64,000 nucleotides of DNA from Pholidichthys leucotaenia (GCA_020510985.1 CM035846.1:202907081-202971080), one strand, 5' to 3'. Shown: positions 29,881 to 43,560, numbered from the stretch's first letter. Translations and numbers: made by a program. The notes: generated by a model not told the origin, from the letters alone.

Positions 29881-31630
29881 CTCTCAAAAAGTTAGGGATG
29901 TTTGGCTTTTGGGTGAAATTTATGGAAAATGGAAAACGTTCACGCTACAGTAATATAAGATCATGAAAGTAGGGTGTTTAAGTAGAAGCATGCAATGGTG
30001 ATTTCCTCATCTTAATTTATTGAAACAAAAGCCAACAACAGTGGTGGGTATACCACAACAAAAAATGTCAGTAGCCACGGTTACATGGGCAAAATTCCTT
30101 CAATCTGATTACAATTCAGATCAGAACTTTACTGTTTACATGGATCCTGAAAAAGCAGATCCGATAAGGATGTGCGTTTTCATGTGTCACACGTTTGAAC
30201 GGAATAAATCATTTTGACATGCGCATTTCGACATTCCGAAAACAGTAGAAGAAGAAGCAACTTCCAGTGTTAGCAAGCCCCACTTTGTGTCTTTCTCTTT
30301 TTGAAATGGATCTGTATTGTGTTATTCAGACTGTACTTTTGCTTTTGCTGGTCTCCGTAATGAAGCTACAAGTACATACTTCTGCATATGATGAACAGAG
30401 GGAGACAGCAGGACGATACAGACCAGTTTTATTTTACTCCCGCTAGGTCTTCCGCTAGCTGCTCTAAAGGTGGAAATACATCACGTCGACCTGTGGCTGA
30501 CGTACAGACATGCAGTAAACATATTTTCTGTGCAACCTTCGCAATTAGTGTTTTCATGCGCACCATTCAGATTAAAAATCGGCATAACCCACCCCTCTCA
30601 ATCGGAATGAAATTTTGATCAGAATAAGCGTGATCGGGTCAGAATATTCAGACTGGTATGTTTACATGAAGCATTTTTATTCTGATCAGGCTTTTAATCC
30701 AGTTACTTGTGTCCATGTAAACATGGTCAGTGTCTCAACAACTTGTCATGTGCCCTTGAGCATCATTTACAGCTTGACAACACCTCATGCTGTTCACAAG
30801 TCAACATATTGTCTGCTGAGGCATGGCATTCCACTCTTCTTGAAGGGCGGCCCTCAGGTCATTGAGGTTGTGGGGTGCAGGGTTATGAGCCTCTACATGG
30901 CGACTCAGCTGATCCCATAGGTTTTCTATGGGATTCAGGTCTAGACGAAGTGCAGCCACTCCATTTGAGATACCCCAGCCTCCAGCAGCCCTTTCTTAAT
31001 GATGTGACCTCGATAAGCTGGAGCATTGTCGTCCATGAAGATGACACTTGGGTGCCTCTCATCTTCCTTAAATGTGCTTGGAGTTGAGTAGCATTCATCA
31101 TCCGCTTCCGCAGGGCAGTGTTCACAATGATGCGGTCATCAGCATGGGATGTGGCAAAAGGACGTTCACTTCTATGCCTTTCTGGGACTCTTCCAGTCTC
31201 TCTGTATCTTTGTTGCAACCTGCTGATGACACTCTGTGACACTCTAAGCTCAGTGGCCACTCCCCTCTGAGAACATCCTGTTTGAAGCTTCGCACTGGCG
31301 AGGTACTGTTGATCAATTGTTAGGTGTCATCTTGGTCCATGATGTCAAAATGTGAACAGCATGATGAAGAGGCCTGTTTAAATACCAATTCTAATTGAAC
31401 CAGAAAATTTATTGGTCGATTCATGGATGAAACACCTGTTGTGAATTTTGCTATTAAACACCTTGTTAGAGAGCAGCAAGTTAAGCAAAAAGTACTGAAA
31501 TATTGAACAGCTGGACATGTGCATTCAAAAGGTTAGAGGTCAAATTAAGTTTACTTGTAAAGGTTATAGTGCATTTTAGGTGCATCCTGAAATTTCACCT
31601 GAAAGCCGAATATCCCTAACTTTTTGTGAG
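29881..31630 (-). mobile_element. Tc1-B transposon copy 2 with nested non-autonomous DNA element (30070-30725)
   Basis: Same termini as 15193-17076. Minus-strand ORF 30883-31260 encodes an HTH motif. Flanked by (TG)n. Confidence 0.7.
30070..30725. mobile_element. MITE-like insertion (~650 bp) inside Tc1-B copy 2, imperfect TIRs CAGTAGCCACGGTTACATGG / CCATGTTTACATGGTCAGTG
   Basis: Interrupts sequence that is contiguous in Tc1-B copy 1 (AAAATGTCA|ATGTCTTAA). No ORF. Confidence 0.45.
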
Positions 31631-32149
31631 TTGTGTGTGTGTGTACACACACATACATACTTTAAGAAATATATAGACAGGGAATACTTAAAAAGGAAAA
31701 AGTCTTTCCAAAAGGGCACTTCAGGGAGCAAAGGGGGCAGTCTTAGTCTGTGCGTGTGTGTGCTGGTGGGGAAAGGGTTAATCAAGACACTTTGCTTTTA
31801 TACTGGGTTGGAGCCTTATAGAGAGCTTAAGTCACGCCCCCTCTATTTCCGCATATGGGACCTTAAATAAAAAAAAAAATATCTCCATTGGCAATGGAGA
31901 TTGGCAATGAGAAACTGAATGGCAAGAGAGAAACTATCTTTTGAGCCTGATCAAATTTTGCCACGAGTTACAAATATGATGTTTGTCAATTTAAAAGATA
32001 ATCTTCCACGTAATTAAAGTTGTCGGCTGTCGTATAATAACAGAGTAATATTTAGTTTTTGTTTAAACGATTAGCGGACAACAACTCCCATCATCCCACA
32101 TCACTAAACTGTAATCGTATTTAGTGATGTGCGATGATGGGAGTTGTTG

Positions 32150-33476
32150 TCTGGTGGAGCACCCACAATTTCGTTGTACTGTACAACTGTACAGTGACAA
32201 TAAAAGCCTATTCTATTCTAAACTGTATGACGGGTCAAATGTTGTGGTATCCTTCCACAAGTTTCTCACAATAGTTTACTGGAATTTTGGCTCATTCCTC
32301 CTGACAGAACTGGTGTAACTGAGTCAGGTTTGTAGGTCACCTTGCTTGCACGTCTTTTCAGCTCTGCCCACAAATTTTCTATGGGATTGAGATCAGGGCT
32401 TTGTGATGGCCACTCCAAAACACTGACTTTGTTGTCCTTAAGCTCCTTTATAACCAGTTTGCTTGGTATGCTTAGGGTCATTGTCCTTTTGGAAGACCCG
32501 TTTGCACCCAAGCTTTAACTTCATGGCTGATATCATGAGGTGTTGCTTCATTATTGTCACATAATGTTCTTTTCTCATGATGCCATCTATTTTGTGAAGT
32601 GCACCAGTCCTTCCTGCAGCAAAACATGACCCCCAACATGATGCTGCCACCCCCATACTTCACAGCTGGGATTGTGTTCTCAGCTTTGCAACCCTTTTTC
32701 CTCCAAATGTAATAATGGTCATTATGGCCAAACAGTTCAATTTTAGTTTAATCAAACCACAGGACATGTGTGTTACTTTTGGAGTAATGGCTTCTTCCTC
32801 GCTGAGTGGCCTTTCAGCCCATGTCAATACAGGACTCGTTTCACTCTGGATAATGACACTCTTACCAGCTTCAACCAGCATCTTCACAAGGTCTTTTGCT
32901 TTTGTTCTGGGGTTGATACGCACATTTTGCACTAAAACACACTCATCTCTGAGACAGAGAACCCATCTCCTTCCTGAGCAGTATGATGGCTGGACATTCC
33001 CATAATATTTATACCTGTGTATAATTCACTGAACAATTGTACCCAAGCATGAATCAGACTTGTGGAGGTCTGCAGTTGTCTTCCTGATATCTTAGCTGAT
33101 TTCTTTTGATTTTTCCCATGATATCACACAAGGAAGCAGTGTGTTTCAGGTATGCCTTAAAATACATCTACACGTGTGCCTCCAGTTATCTCACATGTTG
33201 TCAGTTAACCTATCAAAAGCTTCCAAAGCCATGACATCATCATCTGGGCTTTCCCCAAATTGTTTAAAGGCACAGTGTATGTAAACTTCTGACTTTGAAT
33301 AAAGTAATAAAAAAAATTCTCTAAAAAATTATTTAGCAAATAGAAATAATTTTGGTAATCCTAGCTGACTTAAAAGAGGAGAAGTTTAGTCTGATTTAAT
33401 GTCAGATAGTGAGAGAAAAAAATGTTGTCTTTTTATACAGTATATGTAAACTTCTGGTTTCAACTGTAAATCACCT
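32150..33476 (-). mobile_element. Sleeping-Beauty-like Tc1 element (family E), 3'-truncated
   Basis: Right end TACAGTATATGTAAACTTCTGGTTTCAACTG with internal direct-repeat (DR) motif ACAGTGTATGTAAACTTCTGAC. Minus-strand ORFs carry [10 protein letters not shown] and [11 protein letters not shown]. Confidence 0.75.
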
Positions 33477-33698
33477 TTATTCTGAATTCTGATGCTCGGT
33501 TTGAACTTCAGCAGCTCATATTGGATCATGTCTACCTGACTGTACTGAGCTGCTGCGTGTGATTGGCTGATTACATATTTTCATTAATGAACAGGTGTAC
33601 CTATTAAAGTGGACTTTAATAGGTACACAGCAATTTGTGCTGGAGTTGGAGAGAATGTTCATATAAGGCAACATTGATTATAAACAAAGTTTTTACAG

Positions 33699-33782
33699 AA
33701 CCAATCAGGTGATGATGGCGTTGAAGAGGAATCTGCCGCAACAAAAGCTGGTGATGAGATGAAACTGCTAGAGAGCAAAACG
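33699..33782 (+). CDS. Exon NQSGDDGVEEESAATKAGDEMKLLESKT
   Basis: ttttacag acceptor and ACG|gtaagc donor. 84 nt. Confidence 0.5.
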
Positions 33783-35189
33783 GTAAGCTTGGCTTGTAAT
33801 TTTTGTATTTCAAGTGGGATTTATTACAAGTTATCAGACTTGAGATGTAATGATTATAAACGACAAGCGATTACAAATTTTTCTTTTAGTTTGTTTGCCT
33901 TTTTTATTGGGGGGGGGGTACCTTCACCCCTTAAGGGGATGGTGAAGTGTGGCGATCACCCTGTTGTACCAGTCTGTGTTTGTGTTTCCCTAATGGAAAT
34001 TGGACCTAAACTGGTGTAAATCAGTAATATAATGCACAGTTTTAGTTTAGTTTGGTTGAAGACAGTTGAGGACTATAGCCAAGTGAAATGGAGACCAGTG
34101 GTCATATACAGTAGGTCTAACATAATAAACCAAAGCACTGGAGTTGACTAGAGAGATTAAACTAGTAGCTTTACAATGCTTCTGGAAAATTCTTCCACTT
34201 TGCCTACAGCTACCTTCTGGCAACAGTGCTCAGTCTCAGTTGTTACCCTAGACAAGGACAATTCGTGCTCCTCTGAGTGAACATTTTAGCATTTAGCAGA
34301 GACTGTTTGCAGCTGCGCGCAGGCAGAGAAAAGCAAATTGTCAAAGATGTCATGCACTAAAACATATAAGACAACACTAGATAACAGTGATTTAAAATGC
34401 ACCATAAAGTGAACAGGAATGAATTACAGTATAGTTAAAAGTTACAAGAGATAATCTCAGTGTAATCTGTCAAAATGATGGATGACTTTCTGATCTTTCC
34501 TTCACTGCTCAAAACAATTCTGTTACAGTATTCCTCTGTAAGTAACTTTGATAATGAAATGGATCTCTTTGGAAATGAGTGTGAATACAAATTTGACATG
34601 TAAAAATTGATCATAAAAGAATGAACCCTTCAGCCTAATTTTTAAACGCGATTCCTCAGAAAGTAAACTAGATTGTTTAAATTTCCTCTGATCATCAAGA
34701 AGATTACAACTGGCTCTGATTTTCTTTTTTGTTTTTTTTGTTTTTTGAGTGAAAACAGAAATATTACGAGTGTTGACACAACAGTTAGCCATAGCGTATA
34801 CACTTTTGGGCTGTGGTGATCACTGCAGTCTGTAATGTATAATATGGGTCCAGGAATGTTAAAATCTGTCATCTCTAGCTGCCTCTTTTCTAAATGTAAT
34901 CTTTGGATGCTCAACATTTTGATATGTCACCAATCAGAAATCTAGTTTAAGTAATTCATACCACATCATGCAAAAGATATGTGATACATGCAAATGATAT
35001 GACACACGTGCACCAGGAGGATTAAAGTTTTTAAAAGTCATTTGTCTGATGGGCCTCTCAAAGCAACTCAAACCCTTAACATACTGTGCAGTATAATTTG
35101 TTTTACTGTAAACTAGAGAAAGTAGGGTGGTAAAAGTCTTGGAAAAACAAACAATTTTTAACACAAAGTTGTAGTGATAGTATTCTGTA

Positions 35190-37060
35190 GTTCTGTATGT
35201 TCATTAAAGCTCCAGATTGTGTCCTGGCTTCATTTTTTTTAAACTCCACATCATTTAGACTGTCCCAACACTATGCCCGTTTTGACACCTCGTCATCTGT
35301 GTCCAACTCCCCCCCTCTCTCCAGCTCCACAGCCTCCACAATCCCTACTTCATCAAAGGCACCACCCCCCTCCTCCCCCCCTGCCCTTATCATCAGTGAG
35401 CAGGACGTGCTCAAACAGTTCTCCAGACTGAACCCGCGCAAGGCCCCCGGTCCGGACGGCGTGTCTCCCTCCACCCTGAGACACTGTGTGAAACAGCTGG
35501 CTCCTGTCTTCACAGACATTTTTAACTCCTCCCTTAAGCTATGCCACGTGCCGACCTGCCTCAAATCCTCCACCATCATCCCTGTCCCCAAGAAGCCACG
35601 GATCACTGGACTTAATGACTACAGACCTGTAGCGCTCACCTCTGTAGTCATGAAGTCCTTTGAGCGCCTGGTCCTGCCCCACCTCAAGTCCATCACCACC
35701 CCTCTCCTGGACCCGCTGCAGTTTGCCTACCGAGCCAACAGGTCTGTAGACGACGCGGTCAACCTGGCCCTCCACTCCATCCTGCAGCACCTGGACTCCC
35801 CGGGAACCTACGCCAAGATCCTGTTTGTGGACTTCAGCTCCGCATTCAACACCATCCGCCCCGCTCTGCTCCGGGACAAGCTGTCCCTGCTCAACGTGCC
35901 TGACTCCCTCTGCAGGTGTATCACCGACTTCCTGACGGACCGGAGGCAGCATGTGCGGCTGGGAAAGACTGTCTCAGACTCTACTAGCATCAGCACCGGA
36001 TCACCCCAGGGCTGTGTACTTTCCCCCCTACTCTTCTCCCTTTATACCAACTCCTGCACCTCCAGCCACCAGTCTGTCAAGTTGATCAAGTTTGCGGACG
36101 ACACCACCCTCATCGGGCTCATCTCCAATGGCGACAAGTCCGCCTACAGGAGAGAGGTGGCCCAGCTGGCGTCCTGGTGCAACAACAACAACCTGCAGCT
36201 GAACGCTCTGAAGACAGTGGAGATGATTGTGGACTTCAGGAAAGTCACAACCCCTCTGCCCCCCCTCACCCTCACAGGCTCTCCCATCACCACTGCTGAT
36301 TCCTTCCGCTTCCTAGGCACTACCATCACCAGGGACCTCAAGTGGGAGCCGACCATCAGCTCACTCATCAAAAAAGCCCAGCAGAGGATGTTCTTCCTGC
36401 GGCAGCTGAGGAAGCTCAAGCTACCCACCAAGATGTTAGTGCAGTTCTACACAGCCATCATCGAGTCCATCCTCACCACCTCCATAACCGTGTGGTACGC
36501 AGGAGCCACTGCCAGGGACAGACTAAGGCTGCAGCGCGTCGTGCGCACTGCTGAGAAGGTGATCGGCTGCAAGCTCCCATCTCTCCAGGATCTGTACATC
36601 TCCAGGACCCGGAGGCGTGCTGGCCGGATCATAGCCGATCCCTCACACCCTGGTCACGTACTGTTTGCCCCCCTCCCCTCAGGTAGAAGACTTCGGTCCA
36701 TCCAGACTAAAACCTCCCGTCACATGAACAGCTTCTTCCCCTCTGCCATCAGACTGCTGAACACTAAGTGACTTATTGACTCTCGTGCACTATGTACAGC
36801 AGCTCAACCAGTCTCATGTCAATCATCACTGTTTTCTTCCTGCATTACCGACTGCACTATATGGTTCTCCACAGTATCTGCTGCTCGCTAATATATTTTA
36901 ACTGCTGACCAGTATCACTCACTCTTATTCTACACTTTATTGCATGTATAGTTTATTTCTTTTATTTTATCATGTTTAATGTTGCAGCATTGCACCGAGA
37001 CAAATTCCTAGTTTGTGTACTACATGAACAATGGTAATAAATCTGATTCTGATTTATTAC
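35190..37060 (+). mobile_element. 5'-truncated LINE (Rex1/L2-like) with 524-aa RT ORF and ATCTGATTCTGATTT-type tail
   Basis: ORF 35197-36771 carries RT motifs ([24 protein letters not shown]). Characteristic tail GGTAATAAATCTGATTCTGATTTATTAC. Confidence 0.8.
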
Positions 37061-37174
37061 TCATTATTTAATTAAGAAATATTAAACAAGAGGGAGTGTG
37101 GTATCATTGGATATATGGTGGTGATTCTGTCATAGGCCCGAAGATATATCACAGCAGTTCTATATTCATGATTG

Positions 37175-40100
37175 TAGTGTTGTTCTTAGGACACATTATG
37201 GTGCAACATGGGTGGTGACGTCACCCGGAGTATAAGAGGCTATGCGGAAGAGGGGCGCTCTCTTGACTGCCTCTCAGCCCAACGGCAGTGTCTTGTATAA
37301 TACTGTGAGTCTATAATAAAGTCCTATCTAGTTCACTACTCTGTCTCGTCATTGGTCCACGTTTTCCATACATAACATTTGGCGATGAGGATAAAAGTAT
37401 GGATGCGGGAGTTGCTGCAATTTGGCCATTTCTGGAGTTTTCTGGTGAGCTGTCCATCCCTTGGGAGAGGTAGTTCGCCACTTTCCTACGTTATGTAGTG
37501 GCATTGGACCTTGGAAGACTGGAGAAGTTGCGGGCATGAGCACTGTTGGTTCTTAATTTGGGAATGGAGGGACAAGATATCCTTAGTACCTTAGGCGAGG
37601 GTGATAGTTTTGAAGAAGTGGTTGAGCTAATGGTGCGACATTTTCGCACCCCTGAGAACGTCATCTCACGGAGGATTCTGTTTTGGCAGCACCACCAGCG
37701 GACGGGCCAGTCAGTGCAGCGGTATGTTGCGAACCTACGTCAGCTGGCCGGGGACTGCCAGTTTGGCGCATTGGAGGAAGAGATGGTCCGCGACCAGTTG
37801 GCGGAGCACATGCTTTGCTCAACAGCACAATCGAGGCTCCTCACGCACTCCGGCAAACTGACATTAGCCATGACTGTTGAATTAGCTCAGCAGGGTGAAG
37901 CAGCAGACAAGCTATCACGGGAACTGAGAGGGAGAGCGGCACATCGCCATTTTAAACCACAGTCGACAGCGCAAGCAGTGGACCTGGACAGCAGCAATGG
38001 CACGATATATAAAGAATTTGCTAATGCTGTAAAGATGAGGTCCGCCCCGGGATCGCCCAAGTGTATGGGTTGTGGGTCCACTAAGCACCGTTATAAGGCC
38101 AGAGAGTGTTCGGCAAGAGGACGATGCTGCGGCACGTGCGGATTCTTGCATCATTTTGCCAGAGCATGTTACAAGTTCGAGCGAGGGGATCCAAGGCACA
38201 TAGAGGATCTCCCCATTCCCCCCCTCCCCCACGGTTGTTTGCAGTGTATCCCCAAGTGGCAACAACTGTTCTTTCTGTATGGTGGAACTGGACAGAGTGA
38301 CTGTGCCGTTGTTGGTTGCCATGGGAGTGGTGAGATCGGTGTTGGATTGGTAAACTGTGTGGAGTTCCTGCTTACAGTCTCAGGTTGGAGAAAAGCGGTC
38401 GGGCTGTGGTCTGTGGGACTGGCTGGTTCCACGAACGATGGACGGAGTCGTGTGGGACGGACTTTTGCCTCGTAATCGGGACAATGAGCAGGACCAATTC
38501 CATTCAGGGCCATTGCGGGAGGATTCCGGTGTCAGCACCCAAGTAACCCTAGTTGAGGGAACTGGGCGATGCGGTGGGACACCCGTGACGGTGGGTAGCG
38601 CCGAGTGGAGGGCCCATTCTGCTTCTGGAGTTCAGCTGGGAGGTACCAAGAAGCAAGGGGTCACAACAGCTGTGCCGGTGGTGAAAATGAAAGCGAGCGG
38701 GGCAGGACCGGTTGGCACGGTAAAACGACGTGCCACACAGACACTGGAAGCCGAGTCGGGCTCCTCAGGGGGTCGCTGATGTGGTCTGACCCAGGGAGGA
38801 GACCCGGTCGAGAGGGGTTCGTGGAAAGCAGAAACGACTGGAGGACCAGAGGCGGCTGCAGGTGGTGGCTGTTCGGGAGAACGGTTACCTTCAGCTGTCT
38901 GACAGCTCATGGAGACATCCCAACGAGCTGTGGCACGCAAATGACGAGAAGGAGGTGTCTGGGCTTTGGCGTGGGTCATCTCCAGGCGCGAAGAAAAGAA
39001 GATGCTCTGGATGGGACCTGCCTGATTGGTCTCTGGGGGGTGGTTGCTCCACTGGGACTGACTGGTAATTTGGGGGGCAATGTATTCAATACATGTTGTT
39101 GGTATGTAAATTGCCTGGGTTATGGTATGTTTATTGCATGGTGTTGATATGATCATAGGTTATTGTGGTTTGGTGGTTTTTTTTGTTTTGTTTTTTTAAA
39201 AAGAGAAGAAATAACCTGTTTATATGTATGTTCTGTGAAGGGGATTGTTTTGGATTATTTATTTTAGGAACACGGCAATTTTATGTTTAATGAACTATAT
39301 TTTAGCAGCGACGGCAGAATAATCGGTCTGGCCATGTGGGGGTGGAACAGTAGTCCACCTGTTTCCCCCTAACCTTAGTTGTTTTGTGCGAATGTTATAG
39401 GCCCTGATATATTTCTGTTTACTGTTAAATCAAAAATCAAATCAAATCAAATCAAACTTTATTGTCATATTGCTGTACATACAACTGTAGTGTAGGCAAG
39501 ATGAAATTGCGTTTCTCTCGGCATCCATATAAATAGAAGCAGCATGATTTAAGACACACTCACACATAGCTTCACACCCCCACCCCCCATCCATTCACAC
39601 ATCCCTGAGACATACTTGGGGGGGGGGGGGACAAAAAAACTAACTATAATATACAAATAATATACAAAATTTCCGTAGATGCAGTAGTGTGTATGAGAGA
39701 TTCCGGGTCAACTGTTCAGCATCCTGACAGCTTGTGGAAGGAAGCTGTTGATCAGAATCAGGTTTATTGCCATTGTTCATGTAGTACACAAACTAGGAAT
39801 TTGTCTCGGTGCAATGCTGCAACATTAAACATGATAAAATAAAAGAAATAAACTATACATGCAATAAAGTGTATACTGGTCAGCAGTTAAAATATATTAG
39901 CGAGCAGCAGATACTGTGGAGAACCATATAGTGCAGTCGGTAATGCAGGAAGAAAACAGTGATGATTGACATGAGTCTGGTTGAGCTGCTGTACATAGTG
40001 CACGAGAGTCAATAAGTCACTTAGTGTTCAGCAGTCTGATGGCAGAGGGGAAGAAGCTGTTCATGTGACGAGAGGTTTTAGTCTGGATCAGTCTGGTGGT

Positions 40101-40861
40101 TCTGCCTCTGATGCTCCGGAATCGTTTACCAGATGGAAGAAGTTCAAAGTGTTTATGCAGAGGGTGAGAACGGTCCTTGACAATGTTCAGTGCCCTGCTC
40201 CTACAACGGTTCTGAAAAAGTTCTTGGACAGAGGGGAGGGAGACTCCAATTACCCTCTCAGCCCCCTTGACTATCCTCTGCAGGGCTTTTTTGTCTGACA
40301 TACTGCAGCTGGAGTACCATGTAGCAATGCAATATGTCAGAACACTCCACCACACCTCTGTAGAAGGTCCTGAGGATGCAGATGGGGAGAGAGGCCTGTT
40401 TGAGTTTCCTCAAGAAGTGCAGTCTCTGCTGAGTCTGCTTCCTGATCCCCAAGGAATTCTTGCTCCAGGTCAGGTCCTGAGAGATCTGCACTCCAAAGAA
40501 CTTGATGTTCTCCACTCTCTCCACTAAACGGCCACCGATGCTGAGGGGGACATGCTCAGGCTGAGACCGCCGGAAGTCGATAATCATCTCCTTCGTTTTA
40601 GTGTGTGATTCGGGTTCTAAATTGGGGAGCGTTTTGATTGTGTGTTTTGGACCTTTTTGAAGGGGGGGGATGTAGTATTGTTCTTAGGACACATTATGGT
40701 GTAACACGGGTGGTGACGTCACCCGGAGTGGAAGAGGGGCGCTTTCTTGACCTCCTCTCAGCCTGACAACAGCGCCTTGTACAATACTGTGAGTCTATAA
40801 TAAAGTCCTATCTAGTTCACTACTCGGTCTTGTCATTGGTCCACGTTTTCCGTACATAACA
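37175..40861 (+). mobile_element. Defective LTR retroelement: LTRs 37175-37377 and 40665-40861, gag-like ORF 37546-38475, PPT at 40650-40664, putative TSD ATGAT
   Basis: ~200-bp direct repeats TGTAGTGTTGTTCTTAGGACACATTATGGTG...CATACATAACA with a TG..CA terminal pattern. Purine tract GAAGGGGGGGATG lies just 5' of the 3' LTR. The gag ORF has a Cys-rich knuckle region. No pol. The internal region contains an inverted LINE fragment at 39745-40600. Confidence 0.7.
39745..40600 (-). mobile_element. LINE 3' fragment (same family as 35190-37060) inside the LTR element
   Basis: Minus-strand ORFs end ...[19 protein letters not shown], identical to the C-terminus of ORF 35197-36771. Reverse-complement tail AATCAGAATCAGGTTTATTGCC. 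Confidence 0.75.
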
Positions 40862-41978
40862 ATGATGCCACACAACCTTGTGTGTAACAGTTCCACAACC
40901 ACAGTTTATGAAATATCAGCACTATAGGACAAAATACTATGATTTTTAACTGGCTATTTTGATCCGCTGAGAAAAACAGTCCCTTCTGAAGATACTGTTG
41001 CTAAGCACCTCAATGAGCATAACTTAGAAAAGAATAGGCCTGTTGTCATCTCCCACATATGTAAACAAATAAAATATTGTGTAGTCAGGACATACCGGTC
41101 ACCTGTTGAGTAGGGTTTGTGGATCACATGACTTGTGCCAGTGGCTAGTTAGTGATTTAATTTTGGTGCATTCATGTGCTAGTTTCTGTGCACTTTGCTT
41201 ACTTTTTTTGGGCATTTTCACATGAAATGGAGTCCATCACCATACAGGTATTATGATTGGCTGTTTGAGACAGTAAATCCAGTTCTAGCTCATCTACTTT
41301 GTTGTAAACAAATATGACTTGCCAGATGTTCACAAGAGCAGGACTTCTGGAACATGGAGGTCTAGATTTTTAGGACAGTCTCTTTTCAAATAGTACATCA
41401 CTGTGGAAATTAAGGAATCCAACACACTACTACGATTCTCACATATTACAATAAGGCACTGATATTAACTATAATTTAAAGATTATTAAAATATAGCTGA
41501 AGTGGAGTGATGCATATTTGGTGAAACATATGAGTGCGACTATCGCAGGATGTAGTAACTCCTGGAGTTCCCTATTGTCCAATTGTATTAATTGGTCGGA
41601 AGTAACTGTTGCATAAAAAGAAATAATTATGACTCTTGAATGTGACTCTTTAGTTTAGAGAGGTGTTGGTTTGACATGACTGGGAGGCCACCATTTGTTC
41701 TGGCTTTAAACTGGACTTTGTAATGCTTTAAGTAATAAGAGTGGATGATGGTAGAAATGACACCATACATATAGTTTATATACATATATATATATTTCCA
41801 TATAATATACATATATATTTCTGTCAAAGTAGTTCTTTGACCACTATTGCAGTACATTTTGCCCTTATGCTTTGATTCAACATTTTTTCAGCTCTTTAAA
41901 TGAAATGTAGTTGTTGTAGAAGTTGCTAAATATTTAATGTAAAAAATTCTACTCTTGTCTCTTTTTTTGTCTTTACAG

Positions 41979-42035
41979 ACTAAGGTGAAAAAACAAAAGC
42001 ACATCAATCCATTTATGCCACGTACTGGAGGCAAG
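41979..42035 (+). CDS. Exon TKVKKQKHINPFMPRTGGK (NPF module)
   Basis: ctttacag acceptor and AAG|gtaaca donor. 57 nt. Confidence 0.65.
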
Positions 42036-42439
42036 GTAACATTAACTTTACTGTCATTTCATACACATCTGTAACAGTGCATAAATGTTTATACAGTGGC
42101 AAAAATAAAAAATTCTCAAAACTGGAGAACAGCGTGTTAATACCTGATTTATTCTAACATATGTTATTCTTCATTAGTCAGAATTTGACAGAATATCAGC
42201 TGTGGCTTTACCACTGCTGTACTGTGTGTTTTTTTTTTTTTAATCACCAAGTCATTTCAACACAAACATTTATTTTGTAAAAAAACAGCGAGCAAAATTC
42301 GAGAACAGTAACCACTGTGTCAGAAGAGAAATATTCTTACAACAGCGATGACCCAAATCCATGACTGGCTTATTAATTCATGTCTCCTACTAAACACTAA
42401 AAAAGCTGTTTGCATGTTTACCAAACAATGATCAAATAT

Positions 42440-42870
42440 TACAAACTCAAACATTTTCTTGAAAGGGGAGGAGCTGCAACTAGTTGAGAAATTTAAGTAC
42501 CTCGGCGTGCTTTTAGATTTCTCATTAACCTTTAAAAAATGCATCAAAAACATAATCAAATTCAATCTGAGAAATTTTAAACAAATTAGACTATTGCTGA
42601 CAGTGCGGCCAAAATGTTTCTGCATGCAATGACCTTCTCACACATCAATTACTATTTTACCAACTGGTCTCTCACTGGTGTAACAATAATCAAACCCATT
42701 GAATCCTTATACAAAAAAGCCATAAAAATCTTTGATAAGAAAGATCCCACATATCATTGTTGTTACATTTACAAGATATACAATTTTCTGTCTTTTGAAA
42801 ATAATAAAATTCTCAAATTTGCCTGTTCAGTTTATAAAATATTAAATATTAACCTATGACATTGGGAAGC
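42440..42870 (+). mobile_element. 5'-truncated LINE fragment (ORF2 C-terminus)
   Basis: Translation EELQLVEKFKYLGVLLDFSLTFKKCI... then ORF 42614-42859. Typical RT thumb/C-terminal region. Confidence 0.5.
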
Positions 42871-42899
42871 AGTTGAGGACTTGCTGAGTAGGGGATCTT

Positions 42900-43560
42900 T
42901 GAGTTCAAAGACATCATGGGCTGATGGATCAACCGCCAATCAAGTCTAAAAGAATAATAATAATAATAATGAGATTAGAGGCAGATATGGACTACAGCTA
43001 GAAGAATAATGAGATGAGATGCAGATACGAGATTAAAGAAGAACATCATCACAAAGCTATGAGGAAAGTGTCACAAAGCTATGAGGAAAATGTCTCAAAG
43101 TGATGAGGAAAACATCACAAAGCGATGAGGAAAAACAGACACACAGAAAGACAGACATATATACTGTGTGGCGGATGATATAGCGTGAAGTATGAGGAGG
43201 AGAAGAGTGATGTCTGAAGATAGAGTTGAGATTCGACTGGGCGCAGCGGTGACGGTGGGGGGACTGCAGCTCCTGGCTGGATGGAGTAATGATATAGAGT
43301 GAAGTACGAGGAGACGAAGAAGAGTGATGTCTGAAGATAAAGTTGAGGTTCGATTGGACACAGCAATGATGATAGGACTACAGCTCCTGACCAGATGGAG
43401 CGATGATAGAGTGAAGTACTGTACGTGGCAGTAATGCACCTGTAAACTGGTTGCCAACTGCCAATCAAATCTAAAAGAAGAAGAAGAAGACTGTCACCAG
43501 TTACAACCACCAGAGCAATTACTAGAGGAGACTGTGAGGCCCCCCACAGACACACCACAT
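42900..43560. repeat. Satellite-like array (units ~125 bp) bounded by CTGGTTGCCAACTGCCAATCAAATCTAAAAGAAGAAGAAG motifs
   Basis: Repeated GATATAGAGTGAAGTA[CT]GAGGAG...GATGTCTGAAGATA[AG]AGTTGAG[AG]TTCGA units. Related arrays at 44800-45240 and 49380-49990. Confidence 0.6.

Noticed and set aside
35197-36771. 524-aa ORF
   Set aside because: LINE reverse transcriptase (FADDTT motif) with the characteristic TCTGATTCTGATT tail. Mobile element.
37546-39156. 309-aa ORF and overlapping 174/180-aa ORFs in a GC-rich segment
   Set aside because: The first is a retroelement gag between two LTRs. The overlapping GC-rich ORFs lack recognisable motifs and lie in both frames and strands, typical of degenerate retroelement interior.
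43095-43558. 120-147-aa minus-strand ORFs
   Set aside because: Lie entirely within a tandem satellite array. The repetitive Ser/Leu-rich translation is an artefact of the repeat.
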